64,000 nucleotides of DNA from Limisphaerales bacterium (GCA_044225505.1 JBGAIN010000014.1:1-64000), one strand, 5' to 3'; positions 19,641-30,615 are shown, numbered from the stretch's first letter. Translations and numbers: made by a program. The notes: a model not told the origin generated them from the letters alone.

Positions 19641-20105
19641 TTGACCTATACCGGCGCTGAGATTGTCATAGCGAAGGTGAAGTTTTGGAGGCGACTCAGG
19701 GGGCTGATGGGATTTCGGACGGAACCAATTCATCTGTATCACGGACGAATTGGAGAAATTGCCGCCAAGCAGCACCTCCAGGGATTGGGCCTCAAATTTC
19801 TCACCGCAAACTATGAGGCCGCTCACGGCGAGATCGACCTCGTCTTCCGCGACGGGACCTGCCTCGTGTTTGTTGAAGTCAAGACAAGGTCATCCGAGAC
19901 TTGGACACGACCCGCCGCTGCGGTTGACGTCAAGAAACGCCGACGCCTTTCTCGCAGTGCTCTGGAATACCTTCGTCGGCTGCGCAGTCCTCGAGTGGCG
20001 GTTCGCTTCGACATTGTGGAAGTGCTGCTCGAAAATGGCGCCATTCTAGAAATCCGACATTTACCCAACACATTCAGCCTTAGCCGGCCCTACCGTTATG
20101 GGTAA
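19641..20105 (+). CDS. yraN: YraN family putative endonuclease
   Basis: GEIDLV, LVFVEVKTR, RFDIVEV; follows rnhB as is common. Start uncertain. Confidence 0.9.
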   Translation: MTYTGAEIVIAKVKFWRRLRGLMGFRTEPIHLYHGRIGEIAAKQHLQGLGLKFLTANYEAAHGEIDLVFRDGTCLVFVEVKTRSSETWTRPAAAVDVKKRRRLSRSALEYLRRLRSPRVAVRFDIVEVLLENGAILEIRHLPNTFSLSRPYRYG

Positions 20106-21047
20106 AGCAGGGGTCGCGCGCTGGCTTCGGCTTGCGATCAGAATGCCGGCCAAGATGATGCCTCCCCCAAGAACCTGCATCCCAGTTAACGGCTCGGCCA
20201 AAAGAGTCCAGGCCAAACAAGCCGCAACGACAGGCTGGAAGAGAAGTCCAACCGATGAAAAGCCAGCGGGCAAGTGCGCGAGCGCGTAGGCAATGAGTCC
20301 TTGTCCCCCAACATGACTGATCAGCCCTAATCCCAGGAGAATCATCCAGCCACGCCCGGTCGGAATGCGAATCGACTCATGGGAAAGCAGCGCAATCACG
20401 AGCAAGGCCGCACAACTGACAAGTCCGGACCAAGCCAGTACCCGCGCGGCTGAAAATGTCCTCCTTAGAACCTTCACAGACAAAAGATACCCGCCGTAAA
20501 AAACCGCTGTTAGTAAGCCCAGGAAATCTCCCACCAAATGTCGGGTCGTTAGCTGCAGGCTAACCCCAACCAACATTGCCGCGCCGCAAGAAGCAATCGC
20601 CATTCCGATCAGAAGAACCGGTGTTATCCTCTCGGCAAAAAGCACTCGTGCGCCCAGCATCACAAAAAACGGAGCACAATTGGTTAACAGGGTCGAATTG
20701 GCCACGCTCGTTAATCGAATGGACCAATGCCAAAACCCGAGATCTCCAGCAAAGAGCAGGCCCGCGAGTATGCAGAGGATAAGCGAAGCGCGATGTGTTC
20801 GACGAGACCGTGGCAGCCCTGCGAGCTTATCCAGTGCTCGAGGCGCATCCGGAGAAGAATCTGGAGCGTTCCGCCTTTCGAACCAAACTGCGAGCCACAA
20901 GAATGGCAAAGCGAAGAACAAACGATAGAAGGCCGTAGCACTCGGCCCCACTTCACTCAGGCGAACAAAGATCGGCGCAAAGCCGATTCCCGTAGCGCCC
21001 GCCAGCAATGCGCCAAAGGCCAACCGATTCGGAGATTTCCATTGCAT
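20061..21047 (-). CDS. DMT/EamA family transporter
   Basis: About 10 TM helices, two EamA repeats (TSVANSTLL, QPVVAA..E); 45-bp convergent overlap with yraN. Confidence 0.88.
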   Translation of the reverse strand: MQWKSPNRLAFGALLAGATGIGFAPIFVRLSEVGPSATAFYRLFFALPFLWLAVWFERRNAPDSSPDAPRALDKLAGLPRSRRTHRASLILCILAGLLFAGDLGFWHWSIRLTSVANSTLLTNCAPFFVMLGARVLFAERITPVLLIGMAIASCGAAMLVGVSLQLTTRHLVGDFLGLLTAVFYGGYLLSVKVLRRTFSAARVLAWSGLVSCAALLVIALLSHESIRIPTGRGWMILLGLGLISHVGGQGLIAYALAHLPAGFSSVGLLFQPVVAACLAWTLLAEPLTGMQVLGGGIILAGILIASRSQRATPALPITVGPAKAECVG

Positions 21048-21170
21048 CGACCGTCTTTTACATGATTCAGTCGTTGGGGTCACTAGAATGCCGCGGAGAT
21101 CGAGCGACTGAGGTTCAAACCTATGGAATTTTCGTTCTCGTAAACTAGCTTAGACCGCGGACACCTCGTT

Positions 21171-22055
21171 ATGCGAATCATCGGACACCTCGGAAACGAA
21201 CCAGCCGCCCGAACCTTTGGTGATTACCTCTACGTTCAGGGAATCAAGAATCAGGTTGAACCAGAAGGAGATGGGCGGTGGGCCATATGGATTCATGGGG
21301 AGGATGAATTGGATAATGCCTCTCGGTTGTTCCGGAAATACCTGACAAATCCGGATGACGCCGAATTCCAAACCACAGCCGCAAAGGCCACGGCAATGCG
21401 CGCTCGAGATGAAGAAGACCAGGCGGCGGCCCAGCGTCGCCAGTTCGATCGCGACCGGCTCTTTAGCGAGCGCAATTTCCTCGCGGCAGCCCCACTGACG
21501 GTGGCACTGATCGTGATTTCCGTCGTCGTTTACCTAGTCCGCGAATACACTTCGCTGCGCTGGATCACGGATTACTTGTTTATTAGCGATCCCGATGCCT
21601 TTGCCCGAGACCTACCCGAAGTGCGGCAAGGCCAAGTTTGGCGGCTCGTAACGCCGATATTCCTTCATTCGAGCATGCCGCTCCACCTTCATATTCTCTT
21701 CAATATGCTCTGGTTGAAAGATTTGGGAGCAATGATTGAATCTCGTATAGGTCGGACGACGCTAGGATTGCTGGTTGTCGTGATTGCGATCGGCTCCAAC
21801 CTTGCCCAAAACATTCTGGTAGGTCCCAATTTCTTAGGGATGTCTGGAGTTGTCTACGGCCTTCTCGGTTACGTCTGGATGCGAGGTCGATTTGATCCCA
21901 GCTCGGGGCTATACCTTCACCAATCGACAGTCATGATGATGTTACTCTGGTTGGCCTTTGGGTTCACCGGAATGTTGCGGATGGCGAATGTCGTCCATAC
22001 CGTCGGACTCGTCGTAGGAATGGTCTGGGGTTTCGCCACGGCGCGCCTTCGGTAA
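21171..22055 (+). CDS. glpG: Rhomboid intramembrane serine protease (GlpG-like)
   Basis: WRLVTPIFLH, HILFNMLWL, catalytic GMSGVVYG, ANVVH; GlpG-type soluble N-terminal domain. Confidence 0.88.
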   Translation: MRIIGHLGNEPAARTFGDYLYVQGIKNQVEPEGDGRWAIWIHGEDELDNASRLFRKYLTNPDDAEFQTTAAKATAMRARDEEDQAAAQRRQFDRDRLFSERNFLAAAPLTVALIVISVVVYLVREYTSLRWITDYLFISDPDAFARDLPEVRQGQVWRLVTPIFLHSSMPLHLHILFNMLWLKDLGAMIESRIGRTTLGLLVVVIAIGSNLAQNILVGPNFLGMSGVVYGLLGYVWMRGRFDPSSGLYLHQSTVMMMLLWLAFGFTGMLRMANVVHTVGLVVGMVWGFATARLR

Positions 22056-22154
22056 ACTCAACACTCCATCGGAAACAGGCTGATCGCCGAATGGAGATCA
22101 AGTTCTCAAAGGCGTTCGCCTACGCGCGACACAGACCGGGAACTCGAAGATCCG

Positions 22155-24599
22155 TTAGTTCCTCACCGCTAACGAACTTGCCCGCGACCACATTGAAATC
22201 AAGTCCACCAAAATGCGTTTGGTCTCCTTCAGTGTGGCGTCCACCGGCGGGACCTTTGGCTCAGTTCCCGACTCCTCGTCATCATCGCTGGAACTGGATG
22301 AACTCTCTTTCGATGTGTCCACGCTTTTCACGGCGGCCACATCCGACTTTTGAGATTGGCTCGCGTCATTCACGTCAGGCAAAGCGCCGTGGGGGGTCTT
22401 GGCTGTCGTTAAAAGGTTGGTCTTTGCGACAGGTGGCGGCAACCCTGGCAGCTCCGCTTGTTTAAGCGTAATCTCGTACACTTTTTCACCACTCTCAGCT
22501 CTGCTCTTAAGCTCGGCTTGCCGGATTTTCAGCTTCCCTTCGCTTTCCAATTTCTCCTTTTGACGTTGGGCTTCGTTTAACGAAACGCTCTTGTCCGCTA
22601 GCAATTTGCGGTACTGCTCGATGTCCTCTCGCAGGTAAATAAAGTCCTGATCCTTGTCCAACCGCGCCAGAGAACGCTTTTGCAGCTCGGGCAAGAGCGG
22701 CTGAATTAGGTTAAGCTTGTCGTAGTTAGCACTTCGGATGGTGTCCCAAGGGAGCGGATTGTCCAGCGACGCTTCCCCGACTTCGGCGTAATTGTTGGCC
22801 GAAGGCAAGACGATGTCCGGCGTGACACCCTTGAGCTGAGTGGACGCTCCACTCGCTCGGTAGAACTTGCGAATTGTCAGCTTAACCGCACCAGGGTTTT
22901 CAACGGCTTTGCCTGAGGCGCGCTGGACAAATGGGTCCAACTTAATCAACGACTGCACTGTGCCCTTGCCATGGGTCGACGAATCGCCCACCACAAGTGC
23001 ACGCCCATAGTCCTGCAAAGCTCCGGCCAAAATCTCCGACGCCGAAGCACTGAACCGGCTGGTCAGAACGATAAGCGGGCCATCATAGAGGACCGTCGCA
23101 TCCGAGTCGGAATCGACGGTGACCTTGCCATTATGATCGCGAACCTGCACAACGGGTCCCTCCTTGATGAAGAGTCCAGTGAGATTAATTGCTTCTTCCA
23201 ACGACCCACCACCGTTACGGCGCAGATCGAGAATCATTCCATCGACATTCTCGCGTTTCAACTTACGGACGAGCTTGGTGACATCGACGGTCGTACTCTT
23301 TGCATCGTCGCCACGCCGATCGAAACTCGCGTAAAACGACGGTAAATCGATGACTCCGAGGCGGTAATGCTTCTCGTGATCACCAGGAACCGGAAGGTCC
23401 ATCAGCTTCGCTTTCGCTTCCTGGTCTTCTAATTTAATCTCATCACGAACCAGAGTCACAATCTTACGGACGGACGGATCTGCGGCGTCTGCCGGAATCA
23501 CAGTCAGGTTAACGACGGTCCCTTTCGGACCACGGATCATCTCAACGACCTTCTTAAGCGGCGTATCAACGACATCAACGGCCTCCGTTTCACCTTGGGC
23601 CACCGCAATAATCTTGTCGTTAGGCTTCAGTTTCTTGCTCTCGGCTGCGGGCCCGCCAGCGACCAGTTCCTTAATCTTGCAGTAGCCATCTTCCGCTTGC
23701 AGCAGTGCGCCTATTCCGTAAAGAGATAGACTCATATTGATCGAAAAGCTGTCCAGCGAAGACTTGCCCATGTAGTCGGAATGCGGGTCATAAACGTGGG
23801 TCAGGGCAGAAAGATAAATCTCAAAAATGTCCGCGCTGTCCAAGTCTTGATACATGCGGAGGACCCGGGCGTAGCGACGGGCAATTTTCTTGGCAATCTC
23901 CTCAGGCTTTTCCTTGTTCAGTTTCTCTTGCAGGATCTCGTAGCGGAGATGTTGTCGCCATAGCTGTTTGGCTTCGGCCATGTCTTTCGGACGGGGCGCC
24001 TCTTTGCGGTTCAAGTCATAGCGGTCATCTCCAACAAACTCAAATTTCTCAGTCTGCAGAAGTTCGGCCACAAATTTGACGCGCTCGTCCACACGTTCCA
24101 AGAAACGAGCGAAAATTTCGCGAGCGGGCTTCGTATCGCCGTCCCGGAGCGTGAGCTCGTCGAGAGTCGAGCGATATTTATTAAACTCGGCCAGGTCAGA
24201 CTGTAAAAAGTGTAAGTGCAAGCCGTCGAGTGCCTCAATATATCGGTCGAGAAACTTGCTTGCCACGGCGTTGTCCAAACGCTGCTGTAAATAGTGATTC
24301 TGGACCAGGATCCTCGCCACTAAGCGTGCGATATTGGAATCGCTCGCTGCCGGAATGAGTGGCTTGACGGATCGAGATGCAACATCCAAGAGGACTTGTG
24401 CGTTGGTTGAGGCGAGACTCAGGGCCGGACCTGTGGCAGGGATCACCTGGGACTGCGTAACCTCTTTGCCGTCGCCCGCAGTTGTTGAGTCAGCGGCATA
24501 ACCCAACGGGGACAACCAGAGCGCCAATTCAGCACCGAGTAAGAGTAGGAAGGTTCTCAAGGTATTTCTTCGTATTCGTTGCAGCTCACCATACCACAC
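22155..24599 (-). CDS. prc: Carboxy-terminal processing protease (Tsp/Prc)
   Basis: YDPHSDY, PDZ GIGA, DLRRNGGG, SASASEILAGALQDYGR, GKGTVQ. Confidence 0.93.
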   Translation of the reverse strand: MWYGELQRIRRNTLRTFLLLLGAELALWLSPLGYAADSTTAGDGKEVTQSQVIPATGPALSLASTNAQVLLDVASRSVKPLIPAASDSNIARLVARILVQNHYLQQRLDNAVASKFLDRYIEALDGLHLHFLQSDLAEFNKYRSTLDELTLRDGDTKPAREIFARFLERVDERVKFVAELLQTEKFEFVGDDRYDLNRKEAPRPKDMAEAKQLWRQHLRYEILQEKLNKEKPEEIAKKIARRYARVLRMYQDLDSADIFEIYLSALTHVYDPHSDYMGKSSLDSFSINMSLSLYGIGALLQAEDGYCKIKELVAGGPAAESKKLKPNDKIIAVAQGETEAVDVVDTPLKKVVEMIRGPKGTVVNLTVIPADAADPSVRKIVTLVRDEIKLEDQEAKAKLMDLPVPGDHEKHYRLGVIDLPSFYASFDRRGDDAKSTTVDVTKLVRKLKRENVDGMILDLRRNGGGSLEEAINLTGLFIKEGPVVQVRDHNGKVTVDSDSDATVLYDGPLIVLTSRFSASASEILAGALQDYGRALVVGDSSTHGKGTVQSLIKLDPFVQRASGKAVENPGAVKLTIRKFYRASGASTQLKGVTPDIVLPSANNYAEVGEASLDNPLPWDTIRSANYDKLNLIQPLLPELQKRSLARLDKDQDFIYLREDIEQYRKLLADKSVSLNEAQRQKEKLESEGKLKIRQAELKSRAESGEKVYEITLKQAELPGLPPPVAKTNLLTTAKTPHGALPDVNDASQSQKSDVAAVKSVDTSKESSSSSSDDDEESGTEPKVPPVDATLKETKRILVDLISMWSRASSLAVRN

Positions 24600-24691
24600 C
24601 TAAGCCAATTTACAGTCGAATTTTGCCATTCCGCTAGAGGCTCGTGCAGGAATGAGGTTTTCACCAGCCAACGCATACGTTAAAAGAGCTC

Positions 24692-25447
24692 ATGGCTGCG
24701 CGAACTTCACTACCCTATGTGAGTCTAAACGCGGCGTCGACCGTCGACGGCAAAATCGCTCCGCAGACGCGACGATTTCGACCATTCGGCAGTGCTCGAG
24801 ATCAAAAACTGCTTCTTACACTCCGAACGCAGGCGGACGCCGTAATGTCCGGAGCGCGCACTGTCGACCAAGGCCCTGTCGATTTAGGACCTGGGCCCGC
24901 CCAATATCGCCGTCAACGCTTGGAGAACGGCCTGGCCGAGTACAATTTACGGGTGGTCGTCTCCGGGAGTGCCACGCTCAATCCGAATGCCGAGATCTTT
25001 CGCCACCGGTTTTCGCCTATTATTATCTTGGCCTGCAAAGGCGCGGACCCTCAACGCGTCCGGCAACTCCGTGCGGTCGCGGATGAGGTTAAGCTCTGCG
25101 GAACGGATGAAATCGACTTTCGGGAAGCACTGCGGTGGCTACGAGAACGATGGGGTGTTCGTCGGTTGCTCTGCGAAGGAGGCGGGGAGGTGAATGCGGC
25201 GCTATTCCGACAAAACCTTGTGAACGAAATCAACCTTACGGTGACGCCGTTCGTATTTGGTGGACGCAACGCCCCGACGCTTGCAGACGGACAAGGAGTT
25301 GCGGAAGTGAACCAGGCTACGCGCCTTCGCCTCGTATCCTGGAAGAAGCACGGAAATGAACTCTTCCTCGTTTACCGCGTCTGGCATCGAGGTCGAGCGT
25401 TACGCTTGCCGGCCGAGACTCGGTCCGAGACGTCACTTCCGCATTGA
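24692..25447 (+). CDS. Stand-alone RibD C-terminal (pyrimidine reductase-like) protein
   Basis: STVDGKIA, DAVMSGARTV, LLCEGGG, PFVFGG; no deaminase domain. Confidence 0.85.
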   Translation: MAARTSLPYVSLNAASTVDGKIAPQTRRFRPFGSARDQKLLLTLRTQADAVMSGARTVDQGPVDLGPGPAQYRRQRLENGLAEYNLRVVVSGSATLNPNAEIFRHRFSPIIILACKGADPQRVRQLRAVADEVKLCGTDEIDFREALRWLRERWGVRRLLCEGGGEVNAALFRQNLVNEINLTVTPFVFGGRNAPTLADGQGVAEVNQATRLRLVSWKKHGNELFLVYRVWHRGRALRLPAETRSETSLPH

Positions 25448-25503
25448 GACGGACCACGAGTGAGGAGGAAAGCCAGCTCCCCTCTCCTAACCGAACTGCC
25501 CGG

Positions 25504-26442
25504 CTAAGGCGCTTCGTGCGCACTGAGAGGCCGAATAGCCCGAATTCGAAAGAAGCGAATCGGTTCATCAGACGCTATCGTGCGGCTGGTCTGAAGCCCG
25601 TCGGCGTTTTGTCGTCCAAGGCCGGAGTCCGTCCAAGAGCTTGAGGTTCCGAGACTTGGTCGAACTTCCAGCTGGTATTGGCGAGTTGGTTTGCTTCTCC
25701 AGGTGACGGTCGCCGAGGGTTGCTCATCATTCCGTGACAAGCCAAGTATCTCAAATCGATCGCTAGGATCCGCCGGATCTGTGTCCGCCGCATATTCCTC
25801 CCAATCCGTTTGGCCATCTTGATCAAAGTCGCGGTCTGCGCCCGCCACGCTCAAGTCGCCAAAATAAAACAACTCCCAGCCATCCGGAATCCCGTCTTCG
25901 TCGGTATCAGCGCCCGCAGAGACCGACTCAACCGCCAGGGTTGCTTGGCTCTGGCCCAGCTCCATCCACCCAATATTCGCACCGTAGGCAAAGCCGCTAA
26001 ACATGCCGGTGCGCAAGTCCAAGCGCGGCGACCCAGCCGGATCGAAGGCGATCCAACCAGCGTTCGCGCTGTAGGCCATGCCACGCAGGTTACCGGCCGA
26101 ATCGAGATTCACGCCAAAATCTCTGACCGAATCGTTGCGATACTGAATCCCATCGCGGGGCAAGCCACGACCGACATCAATCCAGCCTAAATTCGCAGAG
26201 TAAATGTAGCCGGAGCAGATGAACTCTCCGATCTCGACGCCCATGGCAGTGGAGGGGCGCCAATCCATCCAGCCGACGTTGCCCGCCCACGAGGAGCTGG
26301 TATTCGGAAGAATACTCGAGTCGGCCCGCGCGATTGCGGCAATCGCCACCCATCCAGCGGCAAGCCAGGCAGTCCGGACTATCCGCTTCAGTCGTGCGGA
26401 GTCCCGGTTTGGAATTGGCCGATCAGTATTCAAAGTTGGCAA
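25504..26442 (-). CDS. Exported protein with Y/W-x-x-N-x-G-W repeats and Ca-binding-like acidic motifs
   Basis: Four repeats (WAGNVGW, YSANLGW, YSANAGW, YGANIGW), DTDEDGIPDGWE, DFDQDGQTD; true start probably downstream of 26442. Confidence 0.75.
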   Translation of the reverse strand: MPTLNTDRPIPNRDSARLKRIVRTAWLAAGWVAIAAIARADSSILPNTSSSWAGNVGWMDWRPSTAMGVEIGEFICSGYIYSANLGWIDVGRGLPRDGIQYRNDSVRDFGVNLDSAGNLRGMAYSANAGWIAFDPAGSPRLDLRTGMFSGFAYGANIGWMELGQSQATLAVESVSAGADTDEDGIPDGWELFYFGDLSVAGADRDFDQDGQTDWEEYAADTDPADPSDRFEILGLSRNDEQPSATVTWRSKPTRQYQLEVRPSLGTSSSWTDSGLGRQNADGLQTSRTIASDEPIRFFRIRAIRPLSAHEAP

Positions 26443-27664
26443 TGGGATTTGTGACGTCCGTCAGGGTGCCGCTAAGGACAGGGCCCATGGTTTGCGGCGA
26501 GCCGTTCACCCGGTAATTCAGACTGTTGTTCGCAGCTGTGTTCTGGAGGATGAAGTTGCCAGCGGAGTCCACTAGAACTCCCATATCGTTCGATAGGACG
26601 ATGTTTTCTTTGATGGTATTATCCGTGCCCGTGACGTGGATTCCAGCGGCGTCGCGCGCCAGAAAATTTCCACTGCAAGTATTCCCGACGATCACGCATT
26701 CAGAAGTTGCTACGATTCCATCTCCACTCTGTTGGAGCGCTGCGCAGCCCCGGACCTGGCTAGCCGCCTGCACGACTATGCCAACGGTATTGGCCGCGGC
26801 CTTGCAATCGACAATGTGGGCGCTCGCTCCGGTGGCAATTCCGCCCTGGAAGTTCCCAGAAGCCGTTGATGAATGAATGGTGGAGTTGTTGCCCGCCACG
26901 ATGCCGTTGACGCCATTGTTCGAGCCTTTGGAGCCAACGATCTGGGCGTCGTCACCGCATTGTAGCCCTGAAGCACCGTTGTTCCACGCAGCGCAGCTGT
27001 TGATTAAGCAACTGCCGCCAGCGACTATACCGTGAGCAGCGTTCCCAGTTGCGCTACAAGAAAGGATGCGGCAACCTGGATCAGCATTGATGCCATGTGC
27101 GCCGTTCCCTCGAGTCAGGCAGTCGGTCACCGCACTACCTTCACCAACTGCGATCCCAATTCCTTGGTTAGCCACTGCGGTGCACGAAACCACCGCACTC
27201 GCTGGTCCCACGGCGATTCCGAAGGTCGTATTTGCCGAGGCGCGAACCGATTCGACGCGGCATTGACTGGCCGAGCGCACGTCGACGCCGGTCTGCCAAT
27301 GTCCAATACTGCCGTTCCGGATCACGATATTCACCTGGCCTCCAGCGACGCTCACACCTCGAAGCGAATTAGGAACGCCCCTCAGGACGAATCCCTCCAG
27401 ATCCAAAGTCACGTCACTCGCCTCGATACTAATGCCGTTCGTTCCAGCAACACCTGTGAGGTTGGTGGTCAGATAGTATGCCCCCGCGTCACGAATCGTA
27501 AATGGGAGCACGCCAATAGGTGTCCGGGGCTCGATCTGAGCGAGCGTTTTCATGGTCGGCCCAGGTGGTCCGGGCGGGGTGAGGCTCCCCTGAGCAAGAA
27601 TGCCGTTGGGACAACTCAAAGCCAATGTCGCAAGAAGACCTGAAAGACAAGACAAACGCTTCAT
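26423..27664 (-). CDS. Exported right-handed beta-helix repeat protein
   Basis: Signal peptide, QGSLTPPGPPGPTMKTL..IEPRTPI, many (C/S)xAxxN..GI repeats. Confidence 0.85.
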   Translation of the reverse strand: MKRLSCLSGLLATLALSCPNGILAQGSLTPPGPPGPTMKTLAQIEPRTPIGVLPFTIRDAGAYYLTTNLTGVAGTNGISIEASDVTLDLEGFVLRGVPNSLRGVSVAGGQVNIVIRNGSIGHWQTGVDVRSASQCRVESVRASANTTFGIAVGPASAVVSCTAVANQGIGIAVGEGSAVTDCLTRGNGAHGINADPGCRILSCSATGNAAHGIVAGGSCLINSCAAWNNGASGLQCGDDAQIVGSKGSNNGVNGIVAGNNSTIHSSTASGNFQGGIATGASAHIVDCKAAANTVGIVVQAASQVRGCAALQQSGDGIVATSECVIVGNTCSGNFLARDAAGIHVTGTDNTIKENIVLSNDMGVLVDSAGNFILQNTAANNSLNYRVNGSPQTMGPVLSGTLTDVTNPIANFEY

Positions 27665-27718
27665 GGATTTTTCAATAAAGAAACATGCTCCGGCATTACG
27701 ACTTCATCCGCAGGAAGA

Positions 27719-28549
27719 TTACCGGACGCTGGAGGTTGCGCTGCGCAACCGCTCCCAATCCGGGTTCAATGGGTTGTTCGGAATTGGCAAGGCACGCCAC
27801 TGGATGGTTCGTGGATCTTTGAGTTTCCAAACCTCGACATGCCCATCTGCGAACGAAAGCGTATAGCTGTTGTCGTGCCGCAACGCCGGCGCGTCAATCA
27901 AACCACGTGTGCCTCGCATGTCGAAAGCAAACCAACCGTCGTTAATGCTTTTCTCATGTTCGTCAATAAAGACAAATGCCTGCGCCGGTCCGGGGCCAAG
28001 AATGTCCGTTTCCTTTACAAACAGCCGATACTCATCCTGACCCGCGAGCGGACGCCCACCCATCCAACCATTGATCGAAAAGCTCCGCACGCGCGGCGTA
28101 CCGTGGGTTAGACTCTTGTCCGCTGGACAGCGATAAACGGCCGTCGATTGGTTGTAAGGATAAAGTTTTCCGTTGGCGATGGCGTTCAGATTTGTCGAAT
28201 CGAGTTTCCCGGGCTCGAAAGGCCCGTAAGCTGGGGAATCGTCCATCGTGCCTCTCACCCAGACGTTCGGGTTAAGTCCACCATTGGCATCGAACGAATA
28301 AGTTTCCGGTAGGCGCCCGTTATTATCGTGGGTATACATCGCCCAACAGAGCGACAACTGCTTGAGCTGACTCAGGCAGACCGTGCGATGAGCCTTCCCT
28401 TTGGCTTTGGCCAACGCTGGCGAGAGCATCCCGGCCAGCGTTATGATGATCGATACAACGATCAACAACTCGATCAAAGTGAATGCCTGGCACTGGCTTC
28501 TCTTTTTGGACTCTGCTCGCTCCAAGTCGGCTTGCATAGAATACGTCAT
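27719..28549 (-). CDS. Prepilin-type N-terminal / H-X9-DG domain protein
   Basis: AFTLIELLIVVSII..PALAKAK, YRCPAD, RHDNSYTLSFADGHVE. Confidence 0.9.
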   Translation of the reverse strand: MTYSMQADLERAESKKRSQCQAFTLIELLIVVSIIITLAGMLSPALAKAKGKAHRTVCLSQLKQLSLCWAMYTHDNNGRLPETYSFDANGGLNPNVWVRGTMDDSPAYGPFEPGKLDSTNLNAIANGKLYPYNQSTAVYRCPADKSLTHGTPRVRSFSINGWMGGRPLAGQDEYRLFVKETDILGPGPAQAFVFIDEHEKSINDGWFAFDMRGTRGLIDAPALRHDNSYTLSFADGHVEVWKLKDPRTIQWRALPIPNNPLNPDWERLRSATSSVR

Positions 28550-28805
28550 CACTCGGGGTCTATTCAATTTCCCGCGCCTCACGCGAGCGCGGTGCGGCGA
28601 TTCTAAGCACGTCCCATTCCACTGCCGATGTCGTACGAGATGAAACACCTGCGAATTCTCATGGTGCCAAGAATCGGGACACTGATTTGCCCGGTTGTCT
28701 CGCTCTATCGTCTCCGAAGGACATGGCGCGAAGTCCGTTTGTCAGTCACAGATGGATCCGCGACTTCGGCTTTACCTGGGCGTTAGGTCTGCTTTCATTG
28801 CGCCC

Positions 28806-29258
28806 GTGCGTGTTGTCATCCAAAGAGTCACACAGGCAAATGTCACAATTGCTGGGACGATTCACGGCACAATCCAGCGAGGTTTGCTTGTGCTGGCGGC
28901 GGTCGAGGAAGCAGACTCTATGGAGGACGTACAATGGATCAGTGGTAAGATCGTCCGATTACGGATTTTTGCTGATGAGGAAGGAGCTATGAACCGCTCC
29001 GTCCAGGAAGTCGGAGGTAATATTCTGTTAATCAGCCAGTTCACGCTTTTTGCGAGCACGCGCAAAGGGAATCGCCCGTCTTACCTACGTTCGGCCCGTC
29101 CCGAGGTGGCGATACCTCTCTATGAGAGTTTAATCCGGCAGCTGGCCGTTGACCTTGGCCACCCGATTCAAACCGGTCTATTTGGTGCGGATATGCAAGT
29201 GGCGCTAACCAACGACGGTCCAGTGACCATTCTTATGGACTCGAAGGCACGGGAGTGA
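28806..29258 (+). CDS. dtd: D-aminoacyl-tRNA deacylase
   Basis: RVVIQRV, SQFTL, NDGPVT; GTG start inferred. Confidence 0.95.
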   Translation: MRVVIQRVTQANVTIAGTIHGTIQRGLLVLAAVEEADSMEDVQWISGKIVRLRIFADEEGAMNRSVQEVGGNILLISQFTLFASTRKGNRPSYLRSARPEVAIPLYESLIRQLAVDLGHPIQTGLFGADMQVALTNDGPVTILMDSKARE

Positions 29259-29349
29259 GGTTCCAGCTGAGCAACGGATTACGAGCCGAGCGCCTTCCGA
29301 TAGAAATGTAATTTCGAAGCTCCGATTCCCGTCGACGTGTGGCGGCGCG

Positions 29350-30549
29350 TCAGAGCTGGTCAGGTTGGTTAATCAGACCAGCCACCCTTGCCAACAATCT
29401 TCCAGCCGCTCCGCCATCGAGGACGCGGTGATCGAAGCTCAAAGTCATATTGGCTTCCATGACGGGGAGAAACTGGCCGCGCTCATCGTTCCAGCTCGGA
29501 ACCTTGCGGGCAGCTCCCATGCCCAAGACCAAGGTCTGCTCTGGTAACGGAATCGGAGTCGCCCAGGTAAGTCCGAAGCTCCCGAAATTCGTAACCGTGG
29601 CGATGGAGCCGCTGGTTGCGTCGGCGGGCAGTCGGCGCTGCCGAGCTAGGCTCACGAGTTCATTATAGCGGCCCACCAACTCGCAGAGCGGCTTTTTGTC
29701 GGCATTGCGGATCACCGGAACGAGCACGCCGTCTTCAGCTTCCACGGCAAACCCAACGTCAATCGCGCTCGGGTGAACGATCTGATGCCCAACCAACCGA
29801 CCGGCCGGGGCACTTGTCTCGGCCAGGGCCAAAGCCAAGGCGCGCAGAGCATACAGCGCTGGACCAGGTTTCGGATCGGACCTTTTGCGATGAGCCAGCA
29901 CAGGATCCAAACAGACGGGCAGCGCCACGGTGGCCAGCGGTCGAGTCCAACTTCGCCGCATAGCGTCCGCCACTGCCACGCGCATGCTTGAAGCTGGGGT
30001 TAATCGACACTTTTCCAAGTTAGCCAGGAACTTTTCGAAATCTTGGATCGTAAGTCGTCCGCCTGCGCCGCTCCCAGCGATGCCCGCGAGGTCAACCGCA
30101 TGCAATCCCAATTCATGCATTCGCGCTTTCATTCGCGGGGACATATAACTTGCGCCTGCCGCGTGGGCCGGCACGGGAAGTCCGCGAACGGTGGGCTCTA
30201 CGCCACGCGCTTTCACTGGCTCCGGATGCTTACCTTCGGCGGAGTGCTCTGATGCAACCCCATTCCCTGGACTCGTGACGTCCAACCCAGCGCGTGCGGC
30301 GTCTTCAGCTGTGACCTCTAAATGCCCGAGAACAGCACCTACAGGGTAGCTCTCATTGAGCTGAGCGGTGAAGTGTTGAATGCGTCCTCGACATGGTGAA
30401 GTGACATTGAGAGTCGCTTTATTGGTCTCGACCTCGAGAACATCCTGGTCTGGTTCGACCATCGCAGCTTCTGCAACGAGAAACCGGATGATCGTCGCTT
30501 CGGCGATTGATTCGCCAAGCTGCGGCATGATGATTGGCACTTGCGGCAT
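29350..30549 (-). CDS. 2-oxoacid dehydrogenase E2 dihydrolipoamide acyltransferase
   Basis: Lipoyl domain (MPQLGES..VETNKA), subunit-binding GSGAGGR, catalytic FDHRVLDG. Confidence 0.9.
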   Translation of the reverse strand: MPQVPIIMPQLGESIAEATIIRFLVAEAAMVEPDQDVLEVETNKATLNVTSPCRGRIQHFTAQLNESYPVGAVLGHLEVTAEDAARAGLDVTSPGNGVASEHSAEGKHPEPVKARGVEPTVRGLPVPAHAAGASYMSPRMKARMHELGLHAVDLAGIAGSGAGGRLTIQDFEKFLANLEKCRLTPASSMRVAVADAMRRSWTRPLATVALPVCLDPVLAHRKRSDPKPGPALYALRALALALAETSAPAGRLVGHQIVHPSAIDVGFAVEAEDGVLVPVIRNADKKPLCELVGRYNELVSLARQRRLPADATSGSIATVTNFGSFGLTWATPIPLPEQTLVLGMGAARKVPSWNDERGQFLPVMEANMTLSFDHRVLDGGAAGRLLARVAGLINQPDQL

Positions 30550-30615
30550 AACCTAGGGGTTAGTGACCGAATTGAACCGAGCAATGCAAACGATGGGTCT
30601 GTCGATACGGCGTCA

